Below are positions 26,188-40,137 of a stretch of DNA of 64,000 nt, piece by piece (within the stretch, counting starts at the first letter, position 1; the number at the start of each line of letters is the position of its first letter). The position numbers were made by a program, and so were the translations under genes. The stretch covers positions 7,688,001 to 7,752,000 of the forward strand of contig OZ287761.1 in the NCBI GenBank assembly GCA_965649765.1, read 5' to 3'. Under the pieces are notes generated by a model. It worked only from the letters and a program-made list of their open reading frames with translations. It was not told the origin of the DNA and did no database searches. Origin of the DNA: Bispira polyomma. Lineage: Eukaryota.

Positions 26188-27158
26188 GTTCCACAGCAGC
26201 ATCTTCTTCTCTGGGGAACGCTGCTATCCAAAGAATACAGTCAGCACTCCATCAACCACTTCAGCATACACATCACAGTTCAAGACTTTCCTAGCTTTTC
26301 TGCATTATGTACAGATACAAGAAATCTCCATTCACTCCATCTTGGTGTTCATGGAATATTTAGTACGGAACAATCTCACCAAGAGTGGTAAAGAATTATT
26401 TAGCAGCATTGAAGTTCATGACACAAAAGTACAACATCCTTCCTGATATATTTCATCATAATGCTATCTCTCTATTTATCAGGAGTCTTACACACAATTC
26501 CCAATTTAGGCCAACACCCAAGGGTGTGTTCACAATTAAACACATCTCTCTCATATCACAAGCATGTGAAATACTAGAAGACCCTATTCTATACAGATCC
26601 ATCTTTTTAATTGCTTTTTACGGGTTTCTAAGGATGTCCAATATTGCACCTCACTCTGGGGCCAAGTTCGATCCAACACGTCATTTATTACGACAAGACG
26701 TAACCTTTGGCCCCCCTGGTGCTCACGTGATTGTCAAGTGGGCTAAAAATATGCAAAATAGGTCCTCATCACATGTGATTCAACTCCCTACAATTTCTGT
26801 TCCACATATGTGCCCAGTGCTGGCCCTCACAACACTTATCAAATCTAGACACACTTCTCCTTCTGCTCCTCTATTTGTTGTGTCCACTGTGCCACACCAA
26901 CCTATAATTGATTCACACATCCAATCTGCCCTCAGACAAATATTACAACACCTTGGAATTGACCCATCATTCCATGGTTTCCATACCTTTCGCAGATCGG
27001 GTGCTACAGCAGCTTTCAACAATAATATATCACTCCAGAACATCATGGCACATGGCCTCTGGCGTAGTTCAGCCGTATGGATATACCTCCAATCCACTTC
27101 ACAAGCAGCTGCTGTAGTCCCCTCTACTTTCTCCACTATCATACCCTCCTCCCTCTAG
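26188..27158 (+). pseudogene. Tyrosine recombinase of element 1
   Basis: Catalytic set intact in 26385-27158: GFLRMSN (R), HTFRR (HxxR), HGLW, WIYL (Y). N-terminal part (PSTTSAYTSQFKTFLAF..FMEYL) lies upstream with two frameshifts and no ATG at its start. Confidence 0.93.
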
Positions 27159-30100
27159 TTGGGATTTGGGCTTATTTTTAAAATTTTATTTCACAATATT
27201 TTAATATATTCTAACCTTCTCTGTACATATCCATTAACATGTACAGAAAAATAAAACCGCAAACAGCATCTTTTATTTTCACATTCTTTACTCCCACTTC
27301 CAATGGTTAACTCTACTTTTTCCATTATCACTCAGAATAGGGAACTGTTTTAATGTCCATTAATACTTTAAATATACACACCACACACTAAAGGACAGGG
27401 ATTGTCACTATCTTGCAGGAATATACACTAAAACAAGTGTCATTGACAAACCTGGTGCCTTTTGCTTTGTTATGTATTTTAAAGAAAAAGTTGCATCAGG
27501 CAAAATCTGACAGGAAAGAGCAAATAAGGAAAATCACACACTGCCATGGAACAGCCATGGAGAAAGGTACACAATAGTCCATTACCAATTTACAAATGCG
27601 ATGTTAGCCAAAGTCCTACAATTTGTCAGACATAGGTACAAGTAACCAGACAGGTAGGTCAAATTTGATCTTATAAAATACTTTTTGACAGAAAGTTTAA
27701 AGTTTTAGCAGGTTAAGCCTGTTGAATTGTATTTTACCAACAAAAAGCAGTAATCTAATGTGTGCATGTCAATCTCTGGATGGACATGTCGGACTCAACT
27801 ACAATGATAATATGTTTACAGTAATGTCATGCATGCAACACACTGTTCATCTTAGAGTATGCAACTTGAGCTAAATTAGTAAATGATGCACATGGTATTG
27901 CAGTCCTCTTTCAGCACTATTGTACATGTTTAAATCACTACTCCAAAATATGTATCGAGTTGAAGGTGAAATACTGTGTTAACAATGTCAGTTGAAAGTC
28001 ATGATAAAGTCAGATTGAATAAGGACTGATGCTGTTTTGGCAAATTTATTTACACAAGTTCAGTTTTAATTTACATCTATACATAAATTATATGAGCAGG
28101 TACAGTCTGATAATGTTTTTATTCGAATGGAGAAGGGTGCCGCCATGTTAAAAACAATAAGTAAGGCCTTCATGGTTTGGTTGGAATCAATCGACCTATC
28201 GTAACTGAGAGGTGTTAGATTAGTATTTGTTGGGGTGCCAAGCTGGCCCGAGTTTACAGTGGCCATATCAACGTTAGTGTATTTCACACTGGGTGCCTAT
28301 GTCTTTTGTTTACTTTGATCAATGCCAACAAGCGGCTACACAAATTAAGGATTCTTGGTGTCTTAATATGTAGTGGTAACACACAAGAAAACTTATTGGT
28401 CATCACAAGTCTTCAACTGAGCGTCTAGTTTCCATTGGAAGTGCATGTTATACTCCTTCAAAATATCTAAATTTAACACTAGAAGCTCTGTTAAAGTGGC
28501 TTCCACAAAACTCTGAACCAAATAAAGTTTACACTGGAAGCTCTGTACCAACAGAAAACATAAAAGAATCAATTCTACCTATTGTTCCTACATCCTGTCC
28601 AATTTTGTCATTCAGAAGCTGTAATATGGTGTCTGTTGCTTTCCTTTAAAATAAAACTAATGTCTTGCTGCTTTTTTTTTTTTTTTGGTCTACTAGACAA
28701 ACCAAAATAAAACACATGACAAATTACTTCCAATCAGTCCAAATAAAAGCACTTTGTGATCTGCATAAAAAGCAGATTTAAAATGGAGAAGTGTTTTTTA
28801 TAAGTTGTAAAGCTGACTAGGTGTTTAAGTAATAGCTAGCCTTCACAATATAATCGTCTAAATGTTTGTCAGCTTATACCAATATAAAAGTGACCTAACC
28901 TTGTCTTTAGCATTTGATCATATATATCACTGAACAGTTTGTATGAAAACCAATGGTATAGTTTTCATTTATAACAACACTAGAGCACCAAGTTATCGTA
29001 CAATTGTTGTTAAATGAACATTGAGGGGTTTAATGCTCAGTGATATATTATGACATTAGGATGCTTTTGAATAAAGTGCTTCTTCTTTTTAAATTCTACT
29101 TTGGGGTACAATACATTTAAAAATTGTGATTTACCACAGCTAAAGCATTGTGAAGCTACTTGTTTTATTAGTTTAAAATCTATGATAAGCTACAGTACAC
29201 CATTTTTAAAAACTAAAATTAGCTCTACATTGGCTTCCCTGTCATATACAATACAAAAGATGGGTGTTCTGTGAGAAATGAATGGAACATACCAGGATAT
29301 TGCTGGATTTTATATTCATTATGTAATTACATAGAGCCAGATAGACTTTACATTTTGTGGGTATATGTGTTTGTTGTCCCTAAAAAATTTTTTTTTTTTT
29401 TACATTTTAAGTTTGAGATAGAAAATAAAAATTACATGTTCCATGACCTTTCTCTATATTTACACTATGAGAGTTGATAGACATCAAAAGACATTAAGTA
29501 ACGGGAGCCTATGATTAATGAACATAAATAGTACTTTATAACCAAAAAGAGCCAACATCTAACAAGAATGCTTTAAATGAAGTTGACTATCTGTTTGAAA
29601 TCAAAACATCACACATGGCTCTACTTAAATGGCAATGATATATTTACATGGAACTTATAGTACCAAAATACCATTTTTATTGGCTACTTTGATTAAAATG
29701 TAAAAAAAAAATTTGTTGTTTTCACTCTAAAAAGGGCGCAGCCATGCTGCAAAGTGCCGCCATGTTGGAAACAATATGTAATGTCTTTACCAATTGGTTA
29801 GAAGCAATCGACCTGGCCAAACTTAGGGGTTGTGAGCTTAATATTTCTCACACTGTGCGACTGTGTCTTTTAAAAAGAGACAACTCCTGTATTTTTTCTA
29901 GAAGAACAAAATGGAAATCACACAAAGACCAGACAGTTCTGATGAATTGTCCTCCATAAAGGAGTGACAATGTAACAACTGGTCTTTTGTGCCCAATCAG
30001 TCAGCATTACCATATGAAGAGGGACGATTAATGTAAAACCTGAGCAGCAACTTTGCTTCTGATGTTCAGTTTACTGAACCATATGATGAAGTCAGCAGAG

Positions 30101-30887
30101 GTCTTAAGGCCAGGGATTTATTAGAACTCAAAATGGGATGGAATTTGTTTTTGTAAGATAAAAACATGTTGGAAAGTAGATGTCAGGTAAATGCCTAGTA
30201 AAAGTTTTTAAGGTGTTAGTTATGGTTGCCATATTCTTTTCTCTGATAGTAAGTCCTATGCACATACAAGACAAGATGAAGACAATGTATGCTTTTGTCA
30301 ATGTGTATACATAATACAATTTGTTTGGAAGATAAAACATCATCTTTTTAAATACAAGCAGAAACTGGCATTTTAGACGCTGGCTGTTTTTTAAAGGAAC
30401 TCAAATATAATAATAAAACAAACCATTTGATCAGTGGAGACACACAACAAAAGATATGTTAAAAAATATCAAAGATGGGAGAAGTTATATTATGCAAACA
30501 CAGTGAGGGATTATTTCTGAAGTTACGGAGAGCATTAACTAACTTACAAATACATAGTTAAACTATCCCTTAATATATTACCTTAATATAAATGTGCATC
30601 TGCAGTATCAAATTTTGTCTGGGGGAGAAGTGGCAAGTACCAGTTTATTTACTGGTAGGCATACTAAATGAAGATGAGTTCCTTGTTTGCCTGTATAGCT
30701 TTACAATTACCTCCCCTGTGAAAACTGGTGACAGTTTTGGGGGTTAATACAGTTAATCAAACTCGACATGGCCTGAGTCCCCCTATATTTCTGTCTATTA
30801 ATGTTAAGTAATGAAGTTTTCAGCTGCTAAATAGACTGTAGACCACAAGATAAGTAAGGGGAGTCAATAGCCCTCCCAGGAGAAATA

Positions 30888-31022
30888 TAGGGCTGTATTC
30901 ACAGATATTCTTAAAATGTTCTTAGTTTACAACAAAAGAATCTTTTAGAAGAATACTTTCAGCCAATCAAATTGGTTGAGACAAATATTTAAAAATAAGA
31001 ATGATTGTGACCATCAGGCCTG
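30888..31022. mobile_element. Decayed short MITE (also at 59183-59316)
   Basis: GGGCTGTATTCACAGATATTCTT / AAGAATGATTGTGACCATCAGGCC imperfect TIRs resembling 13611-13939. Confidence 0.5.
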
Positions 31023-34000
31023 GAGTTTTACACAAGGAATACTTAAAACTGCCAATTTTTCCTATTTACAGTTCTCATTTGGTGTATAGCCTGCTTGTTG
31101 GGTATTGTTTATAAATAACCATTATACATATCCACAATCTCCCAATATTTAGTAAATATACAATACTTGCAAGTACACAAAAAAATGAAATTCAACTTTT
31201 ACTATTGTTGAAGCATATATATAGTTGCCCTACAATTGATACATAATCCTCGAAGGCACTCATTCTCTGAAAAGGATGGTCCTACACCATAGCCTGGGTC
31301 GTCATTTGCAGGAAATGGCAAGCTCACATCTTATCTAATGAATGTTGTCTGACCAATTAACATAGTGGCATTAGTGGGAGTTGAACCTGGGGACCACCAG
31401 ATCAACTCCCCCAACAAGGGAGTCAAACCTGGGATCTTCTGAACGCCAAGTGCAACTCCCTAACTACTAGGCCATGGGGATCACTTGACTCACTTAAGTA
31501 GTTTTTTTAGCAAAAATACAAGCATAAATACAAATTTTACAAATACATACTGGACCCAGTAATAACTGGTTTATTCCTAACTAATGTTCTTATTGACTCA
31601 AATGAAGAACACATTGCTAATTAAAGGTCATATACAGTAACTAGTCTCCATACCAGTCACGCAAGTTTTTCCTTGTCATGCAATAATCATGGAATGTATC
31701 TAGTTGGATATGGTCAAGACTATATGTCTGCTACATATATATGATATATGTGGGTGGATGTTTGGAGTAATTGCTCTATTGAAATAATAACTTAATATAT
31801 ATATATATGTATCCTTTATCAAATTGGTCTTGCCAGAGATCCATAAAGAAGTCAATAGCATTTCATATTCAGTCAATAGCATTCATGTTTTATGCTTATG
31901 TATAAGATGATGGGATTTTATAAAGTAAGCCATTTAAGTGTCATAATAATGGGTAATTGAGAAACTCATAGACAGACACTGTTATTCTTTTTATGTACCA
32001 ATACAACTGCATGCCATTTGGTGCAGTTAATAAGCAATCTCTTTCAGACTTACTTTAAGAGCTGATTTTTTTTTCATTTTCTCCCAATGGCAAAATCATG
32101 ACAGGTCTCAGAAAAAGAAGAAATTCTTCTTATGGGGATAAAAAGCTATAGAATCGATATATTGATGACGTTTCCTTCTAATGCCAGAAACAATACATTT
32201 AATTTACTCCAGGAAAACATAGTCTACCCTGCTTTGGTAGTATAAAAAGGTGAATTTTCTCCTTGCCCTCTATCTATCAAACAAGTTAGACTTGAAAGCT
32301 GACTAAAATCTCAGTAAATCTAAAAACCATTGACATTTGGAGTACAAATGACTTGCAGTCAAATGTGTTTTTTTATCAAAATCTTTAAACAAAACCCCAT
32401 AAAGATTATATTCCACATAAAAACTCTAGTTCATGGAGAAACAAGTCACTTAGAGAAAGCATGAGAGGTTTTGTGGTTCTAATAGTGTTACCTTAAACCT
32501 GATAGATTTTTACTTTATATCATGGAGCTATGGAAAAATATCTTATGTAATACTTAAAGAGCCAACCCTTAGACATGTTTAAAGATATTTTTACCGGAAC
32601 CAGAGCAAAATTATTTTTTTTAAGTCACAGCATAGCAAAAGAAACAATAATTTTTCTTGAACCAGTTGAACTTCCAAAGTGTTTTTTTCACAGTTTGAGT
32701 GATTTACCCTTGTTAAAGACTGAACTCGATATCTAAAAATAAATCATTTGCAAAAACCAAGTCAGTGTCGCAGTAAGATGTCCAAACTGTCAGGAAATGA
32801 TTGATGAAGCGATGCTTGATTTCATACCCACCATGACTAAAACTATTACAAAATATTCATAAACCTGCGGCCAAAAAGGGACATTGTAATAGATCTTCTC
32901 AGTTTTAGTGGGTTTTTTACAAAATAACTCATACTTCATCAAAAACAAATAAGCAATAATGAATTGAATGGAAAACTTGACATTGGAAGATTAAAAAAAT
33001 GTGCAATTTCACGTTTCAAGGGTTATTTTATTGTAGAAAGACTCTCCCCTTTTCAGTACATTCATATAAACGTGTTTGACATTGTTTTCTACATAAACTT
33101 AGCAACAGATCTGATAAATCACATAGTTACTACATAACTCCCCCGTAGCATCCCTAATTGTAAGTACAGTAGAACCTCTATTATCTGAACACCTTTGTAG
33201 AGCAAAGATCTGTCATAGATGCTTCATCAATTAGAAGACTGATAGAAAAAATTAATTTAAGGTAAAACTAGTTTACCAAAATTGCATAATAGAAAACAAG
33301 TCCTTTTGTGTAATTTAAGTCACATAATACTTAGCAGCATTGGGAACAGAGGCAGTTGTTGATCAAAGTGCCATAAATCCTGACTGTGAATTATTTACAG
33401 GTGACATGGTACAAAATATTCTTTTGTGGGAAATAACCAAACAAGTGAAAACACCTCACTGACACATTGCCTGTTATCATGAACATCACACCCTTCAATG
33501 TCAAGAAAACATTTAAAAAGGGCAGTAATCATTGGGTGCATAGGGTAAAAACCCAGATATGTTCAACTGGATACATATATTGGTTGATATCTAAGGGTCT
33601 GTGTCATAGTGTGTAACGTGACAATCCAATCAAGCTTAAACATAAATTATAGATTTTATTTATATATGAAGATTAAATATATGTTGTTTAATATTATTAT
33701 CAATCTTTTTTTTTTTTTGCTATTTATTTTTGATTATTATATCAAATTACAAGGCACTAGATTAAATGATAATTAGAACACAAAAAATATATCAGTATTA
33801 TTTCATCACTATATCGGTTTGTATTGAATGTATAGCAGATGCTACCACCGAGCTAGGGTAAAAGTACGCGACATTACCATATCCCTTGGTGAAAAACCAA
33901 TCAAATTAGTACTCACTAAGTGTTGTTTTTAAGGGTCTTTCAGGGTGGGTTTTTGTGTCATTAGCTTTTGCCAAACACCCTTCTAATATAATTGTCATTG

Positions 34001-36407
34001 TTGGGTGTTTTAACATTTGTGAAGAAAAACAACAAAATAAATCCCCGCAAAGACACATTTTTACTAGAAATCTTTAACAAAGGCAGCACTAAAACCCATA
34101 CTTAAGGTGAATAATGAATTGTATATTGTGGGAATGTATTATTAGAGCAGAACAACTCATTTACGGTGACATTTAGACATAACAAAATTCAATTACAAAG
34201 ACATTGTAATCTTGAGATTATTGTGAGTTGAAGAACGTTTAATAATTACAGGTTCAGTAGATTTACAGCACATTTGACGTGATTAATGTTTATGAAAAGA
34301 AACAAATTGGGGTTGGCTACAGTGTAATACAACTGACCGGAAATGTCTCAGCCAGAATTGGTAATAGATATATGCATGTTTGATGGGAAGTGACTCTGAA
34401 TATTGACCTTATATTTCCTTGCAGTCCATTTGAAGATACAGACTTTATATATTATTCTCATATTCATATGACAATTTGTTGAAGTTACATTAACTCTTCA
34501 GTATCAAATATTGCAAACAAGAAGCTACCAAGTAATGTTAAGTGGCATTTATATATGAAGTAGTCACTCTGTCATTATGGGGAAAAGAGGCTCCATTAAA
34601 ATGCCAAACAGGGACAACACGTTATTTTTAGTATCATGTGACCTTGATAAAGGTCAACAGGTAAGCAAACTACAATGGATAGTCTGCTGAAATATCTGCA
34701 CCAAAAGTGACGATTATTGAACCAGAAATTCAAAGTTTAGTAAGGGGAAATTGTAGTATGCAACTGGTGGGGAAACAAATCAGTGTGAAAGAAAACAAAT
34801 GGCCCCTTTAGGGGCAGTTAATTAGAGAAAAAAATGCTAATTTGTTAAATTATAACTTATAAGTCATTTTAGGTGGCTAACAGAAGATTGAAAAAAACCC
34901 AGCAGAGATCTAAAAGCCAGTATGGGCAACCCTTAAGGGTTAATGCTATTAGCAGTTTAAAAGCTGCCTCCTTATTAAGTTTGGCAATTTTTCCCCTTTA
35001 TTCCCCCTTCTGGTATGTAGAACAAAGAGAGTAGGAGGTAACTTTATCACTGCTAGGAGCTGTGAAGTCAAATTAGATCAGCGATACAAACATTTAGTCT
35101 ATCTGACTGATAGGAGGACACACACATAGAACTACAAATAAATTGTGTGGTAGCAAATTACTGAGCCCACCCAAAAACACTTAATAGCTTTATTCTCTTG
35201 ATTCGCTCATAAAGACATTGCAAAAGGAACCCGAGGTCTAAAATGATAAAGTGTAAAATCCTTATGGCTGAAACCGCCATATCTCATATGTGTCATGATT
35301 TATCTTGTAGTTAGAATTTTCATTTTTAAATGTGCGTTATTGATGCGAGACATCTTCTAAAAGTGCAACAACAGAAATAATTAACCAATTCAGAAAGTAA
35401 AAAAAACATAGCCAGCTCCTAAGGAGGGATGAATGGGAGTGTACAGGAGGGGGGGTTTGCAAGTTTGAAGAGATAGGTTTTAATGTTTTTTCAGAACCCA
35501 GAAAGACTTTCCGGTGTTCAATAAGGACCTTTAAAAATGTGCAGTACAATAAAATGCAATAGAATACAGTCAGACACCTTGCTTGACTAATACAACTCTT
35601 TGACATTATGCTATATTAAAGCTGTAAATGTCTCTGATGACTTTTAACAGCTACAAAATACATCAATCTATGGTTGCCTTCTTTGAGCAATAACAAAAAG
35701 CGTTACAAGTTCAACATTTATTAACTAAAACCAGACAGTTATATCCCACGCCTCAGTAATCACACTATGTGATTATTCTTATTACACTATGTCAATGACA
35801 TTATTTTCTATCACATTTGAAATATGAAATATCTCTTTCTGTTGTTTTGCTAGGATTGATGTCATCTTGACATTTTGAATTACACTGGAATGCTGTGCTG
35901 TGTACTGGTCAATAGGAATGAAAAGGTTGCACATTTGGCTTGCATGCAATAATTTAAGTCATCTGGGAGGTTATCCGAGAAGTACCAGCAAAGAATAAAA
36001 GGTCCCTTTGTGTATGCCCTCTCCATCATATTTCATTATATACAGAACTTCAGACTGTCTCAAGCTACCCTACAAATTATTGTTAATAGAAGAACTTGTC
36101 ATTTTTATCTGTCAACCCAACCATTTGATCATATATGATAAATGACTCCAGCAATATTTGTTTTTATTACGTTTAAGCTAGAAATGCATCATTTGCAAAA
36201 GGATTATATATGGTAGATGGGTTTTTTGTTCTCTGATAGCACAGGATTCAGTAACAAATGTCAATAAAAATGTGAATATTTCACAACTGTATAATGATTC
36301 ACGTTTTTTTCCAGGAATATGCCTTGGTGGACATTTCTATTTTTTTGTTGGTGCAAAACTGTTTTTATATGTTAAAAGTTTAAGGGTATAAAGATACGAG
36401 AGAAAGA

Positions 36408-36960
36408 AGAGTTCTCAATAATAACAAATTTATATTTGAGACTTATTATTTGTAACGTGTGTAGCACTTAACAAACTAAAATAATTGCTTTGTGTAGATA
36501 GATGTTCTAATTTGTTGATCAAATACTCAATAACAGTTCCTCTTCTCAAAGCAAAAAAACAGGGAATTTCCAATAGGTTTCAAATTGCATTTAACTGCCA
36601 TTCACAATCTTAATATGTGTAGCATGTTAGCACCTCAATAAACTCAATCTAATTGTCCTGTGTACAAAGATGCTTCAATTTGTTCATCAAGTGCTCAATC
36701 ACAGCTTAAATGGAACAAAAGTTTTCAATAAAAGTTCTCAATTATATTAAATACACATCTTAAACATAATCAAATAAAATAATTGCTTTGTTTATCAACC
36801 ACTCAATGACATTTCCCCTCGAACAGGAACAAAAACAGGACATTTCCAATAAGTTTAAAATTGCATTAAACTGACATCCCAGTCTTAATATGTGTAACAT
36901 ATGTAGTACATAGAAGCTTCAATTTGTTGACCAAGTGCTCAATCACAGCCCAAATGAAGA
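36408..36960 (+). repeat. Degenerate ~300-bp local tandem duplication (also 47790-48345)
   Basis: TTTCCAATA.GTTT.AAATTGCATT..ACTG.CAT....TCTTAATATGTGTA and GCTTCAATTTGTT..CAAGTGCTCAATCACAGC each occur twice. Confidence 0.75.
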
Positions 36961-39900
36961 ATTGAACACTTGCATTTAAACAAGAAGCAACAGTATTGCT
37001 TAAATGTCACCCTTATGACACTTTCTATTGAGCTGCAGCTCGAAAATGTTAAAAGTATATAGACCATTTATACAGAAAAGACGTCACCTCTCCTAGTTTG
37101 TGTAGATCTTCTGTTATGGCTGACATATATTGATGAAACGGGCAGAATTGTATGACTTTATTTCTGCTCTATGTTTATATTCATGTGAGTACTAAGTCAA
37201 TTATCTGTACTATTTATATCACCATAACCAGAAATGTGAAAAAAAATGTTGTTTTTGTATGTAATCCTACAAACCAAATAGAACGTGTGAGATGAGTTTA
37301 TCGACCATCAGGATGAGACCATTAAACAAGGTTTCTAAGAATATCTCTCAGATTCTCAGTAGATTTGGTAATAAGCTTCACTTACAGAATTCAGTAAAAT
37401 ATTCACATAAAGACCTGACCTTGAGACTTGTCCCCCTCTTAGAGATTCTCTTCCATAATACAGAAAAAGAAATAAGCTGACAACAAATCGGTCTTGCCAT
37501 GGAGATAATTTACTTGAACTATTTCACTTGTTTATTAGCGACTTTGCTAAAAATGTTCAGTATACACAAAGTAGTGTCTGTCTGTTTGGTGTGTGTATGG
37601 AATGAGGGTAGTAGACTAACAGCATACTGCTATTATTGCAACTTTGCCTATTTTTTAAAACAATTTAAAGATGTTTTGATTTGTACTGCATAAGTCATTG
37701 ACATGTCAAACCATCCATAATTTATAAATTAAAGTATAAACCACAACTACAGCAACAACAAAAAGAACACAATTTTGTTGGTGTATTACATTGACACTAG
37801 AACGTCCTTATTTTTCTCGTATGTAGAGATTACATATGGTAAGATATGAACATATATTGTTTACTAATCCTTAGGTTCATATATCAGGTCTCCCTATCCA
37901 ATCAATATCCCTGACTGTACGATTGAATTCATGGCTAAACATCTCTTGTTAAAATAAATAGTTAGAAGGGTCAACCATGTCCATTTCATTGGGGTTGAAT
38001 ATGAATATTTGCTTACAGAGTACACAACAACAATGTCCTTGATCTTCTATTTTCACTACAAGGTAAAAAAGGTAAATTCAGTGCATAGTGCTGCACATCT
38101 TTGTGTCTTATAACTTGTGTCAAATGCAAACTATAGCAAGTATTCCCATGGCAAGTATACACCTAATTAAAAAGGGAAATAGCAATGGTCTGACAGTCAT
38201 ATTAATGGGTACGGGTTAAAACCTACCTAGAAATTCCCAACTACTACTGTTAACCAATATAAATGGTGAGAGTAGTGGTTCTTTATGGTGTGTTTATGAT
38301 GGTTTAAAGTATCGAAATGGTTGCCGAACAATTACAGAATGCTATTACTGAAGGTAATATCATCAACATGTTAGCCAACAGATAGTTGACACTGACCTTG
38401 TTTTTATTACAGGTGTAATTTACGTTACTTGCCTCAGGGTGAAGCAGTAAAACAAAAATTACTAGTTGATAGCTTCGTATCTGCATCATTCATGCCATTA
38501 GCTATAACCAACTATCAGAGACTGCACTGATATATAGTATATGTAGTTTGATGGGTTTTTTAATTAAAAGATGCAAAACTATACCTTGAATTGGTGTAGA
38601 AAACATTGTTCATCAGAAAAAGTGGAAAATGTGTATATACATCACCAAAATGGCCATTAAGACATTGGACCTTAGTTATAAGTTATTTGTTTACAAGCAC
38701 AGTTGGTCAAGGGTTAAAACAAATGTTATTTGCTCAATTATGAAACTTGCCAACAAACAACTGTTTCCTCCTTTCCTGTTGCCTATATATATATAGCCCT
38801 TTTTGTGGAGAGAAAAAAAAATATTTTCAATTATCATTACTGGTTTCTGTCAACATCCCGTGAATGAAATCACATCTCTGCCAAGAGTAAGTCATAAATG
38901 ATCGTGCTAATATACAGAAGTATATCTCAAAGCAATATCTGATTAATTGTTCCAAGTCTCTATTTTCGGCTTTCAGTAAGAGTTTGAACCTACATTCATG
39001 AAATTTGAAATATTTGAGTTTACGTCACTTTCAACAGCTAGTGTTGAAGCACTGTAAACCATCCACTTACACAGCAAGTACCTGACAAACTTTCCCGCAC
39101 AAAGGAACGAATGGGATTCAGACCCGTTAGGCTATTCCAGAACAAAGAAAGTGGCATCTGTAGGACCAAGCCCAACCTGACATACTTTGTAATATGTAAT
39201 AAGTAGTAGCATTATATCCTCTTTCCTCTGAAATGAGGCTAACAGTAAGAAGATAAACTAAATGTCACCTCAGTGATTCCCAATTTAAGGCTTCAAAGCT
39301 CTGACTTTTTGCAAGAAGTGATTTTTTTATAGAATGCAAGCTGTATAAGTGAATGTCGTGATAAAGGGCTTTTAGGGTGGACACTGTGATTCAAGGATTA
39401 GATTTTGGATTGTCCTTCATTTAATCATCTTAAAGGTCATGTTAAACCAGCTTTAAAGATTGTTTTTTCACTGTTTAAATCCATTGCTATAGTAATAAAC
39501 AACATAAAACCATTAGGCTTTGTCTTTTGACAACCTTATCCCATTTTATTTGACATGCTTTTTTATCAGAAGGAGATTAAGGCATTCTGATATGGCAAGA
39601 GTAGCTGTGATTTTGACAGACTCTACACTATAGCGCTTTGGGGAAGTATGGCCAGATATTCTGAATATAATATAAAATTGACATTAATTCACTTACTGGT
39701 GAAAAAGGAGAGTTAGCAGTTAAGTAAATATCTGTGCAGTGACTGAAAGAAAAATAAGCTTCCCTAATTTAGTAATTAACTTCACCAAGTTGAGTTTAAT
39801 AGGAGTTAACACAAAGGCAGGGCCTTGAGATATATATCCATTGGAGAGTTTGCTGGCTTTTCAAGCAGGGAATTAACAGCACTCAGAATATCAGTGGGTA

Positions 39901-40137
39901 AACCTTGAAATGTCGCAGTTGATTAGCAGCTTGTCATTGTAATGCTACCCAGGAAGTGGCTTTACTAAATGGGAATTCTTGACATATAAAAGTTAATTGA
40001 GCAATCACCCCTGAAAAGAGGCTATCTCCATTTAACAGCAGTTAGTCTTGTTACCCTTAACCTGCCTTGAACTAAGCATAATCATTGTCAAGGAACCACA
40101 CCTCTATTAAACCATATCTGGGTGTTCTAATGGTCTA

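Larger units (their letters stand above)
22160..27345 (+). mobile_element. Tyrosine-recombinase retrotransposon, Ngaro-like (DIRS order), decayed; element 1
   Basis: gag - RT/RNase H - YR order with no methyltransferase domain; absent from copies B (~42890) and C (~54770); TGT on both flanks. Confidence 0.92.
16470..34200 (+). repeat. Copy A of a ~15-kb tandem segmental duplication
   Basis: Collinear anchors: GTAATCCTACAA ~17248/37261/48446; ATGTCCACTTAT ~22141/42873/54752; CAGAGCAAAATT 32601/45591/61371. Confidence 0.93.

Noticed and set aside
25798-26190. DIRS1-type methyltransferase domain
   Set aside because: RNase H ends ~35 aa after ADALS and YR follows immediately; no room or motif for it.
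26385-27158. Phage integrase or bacterial contamination
   Set aside because: Part of a gag/RT/RNase H/YR retroelement with empty sites in host paralogues.
30050-30102. Hairpin with TGATGA as a miRNA or C/D snoRNA
   Set aside because: Only a 7-bp perfect stem; the CTGA seen in copy C is absent in copy A and box spacing is too short.
30128-30343. 70-aa ORF also present at 58415-58627
   Set aside because: About 9 amino-acid changes with no evident synonymous bias, absent from copy B and no recognisable domain; explained by the duplication.
35337-35606. MSKSCISQ.. ORF also at 46800-46988
   Set aside because: The two copies diverge by frameshift and differ in length; the shared part overlaps a homogenised tract.
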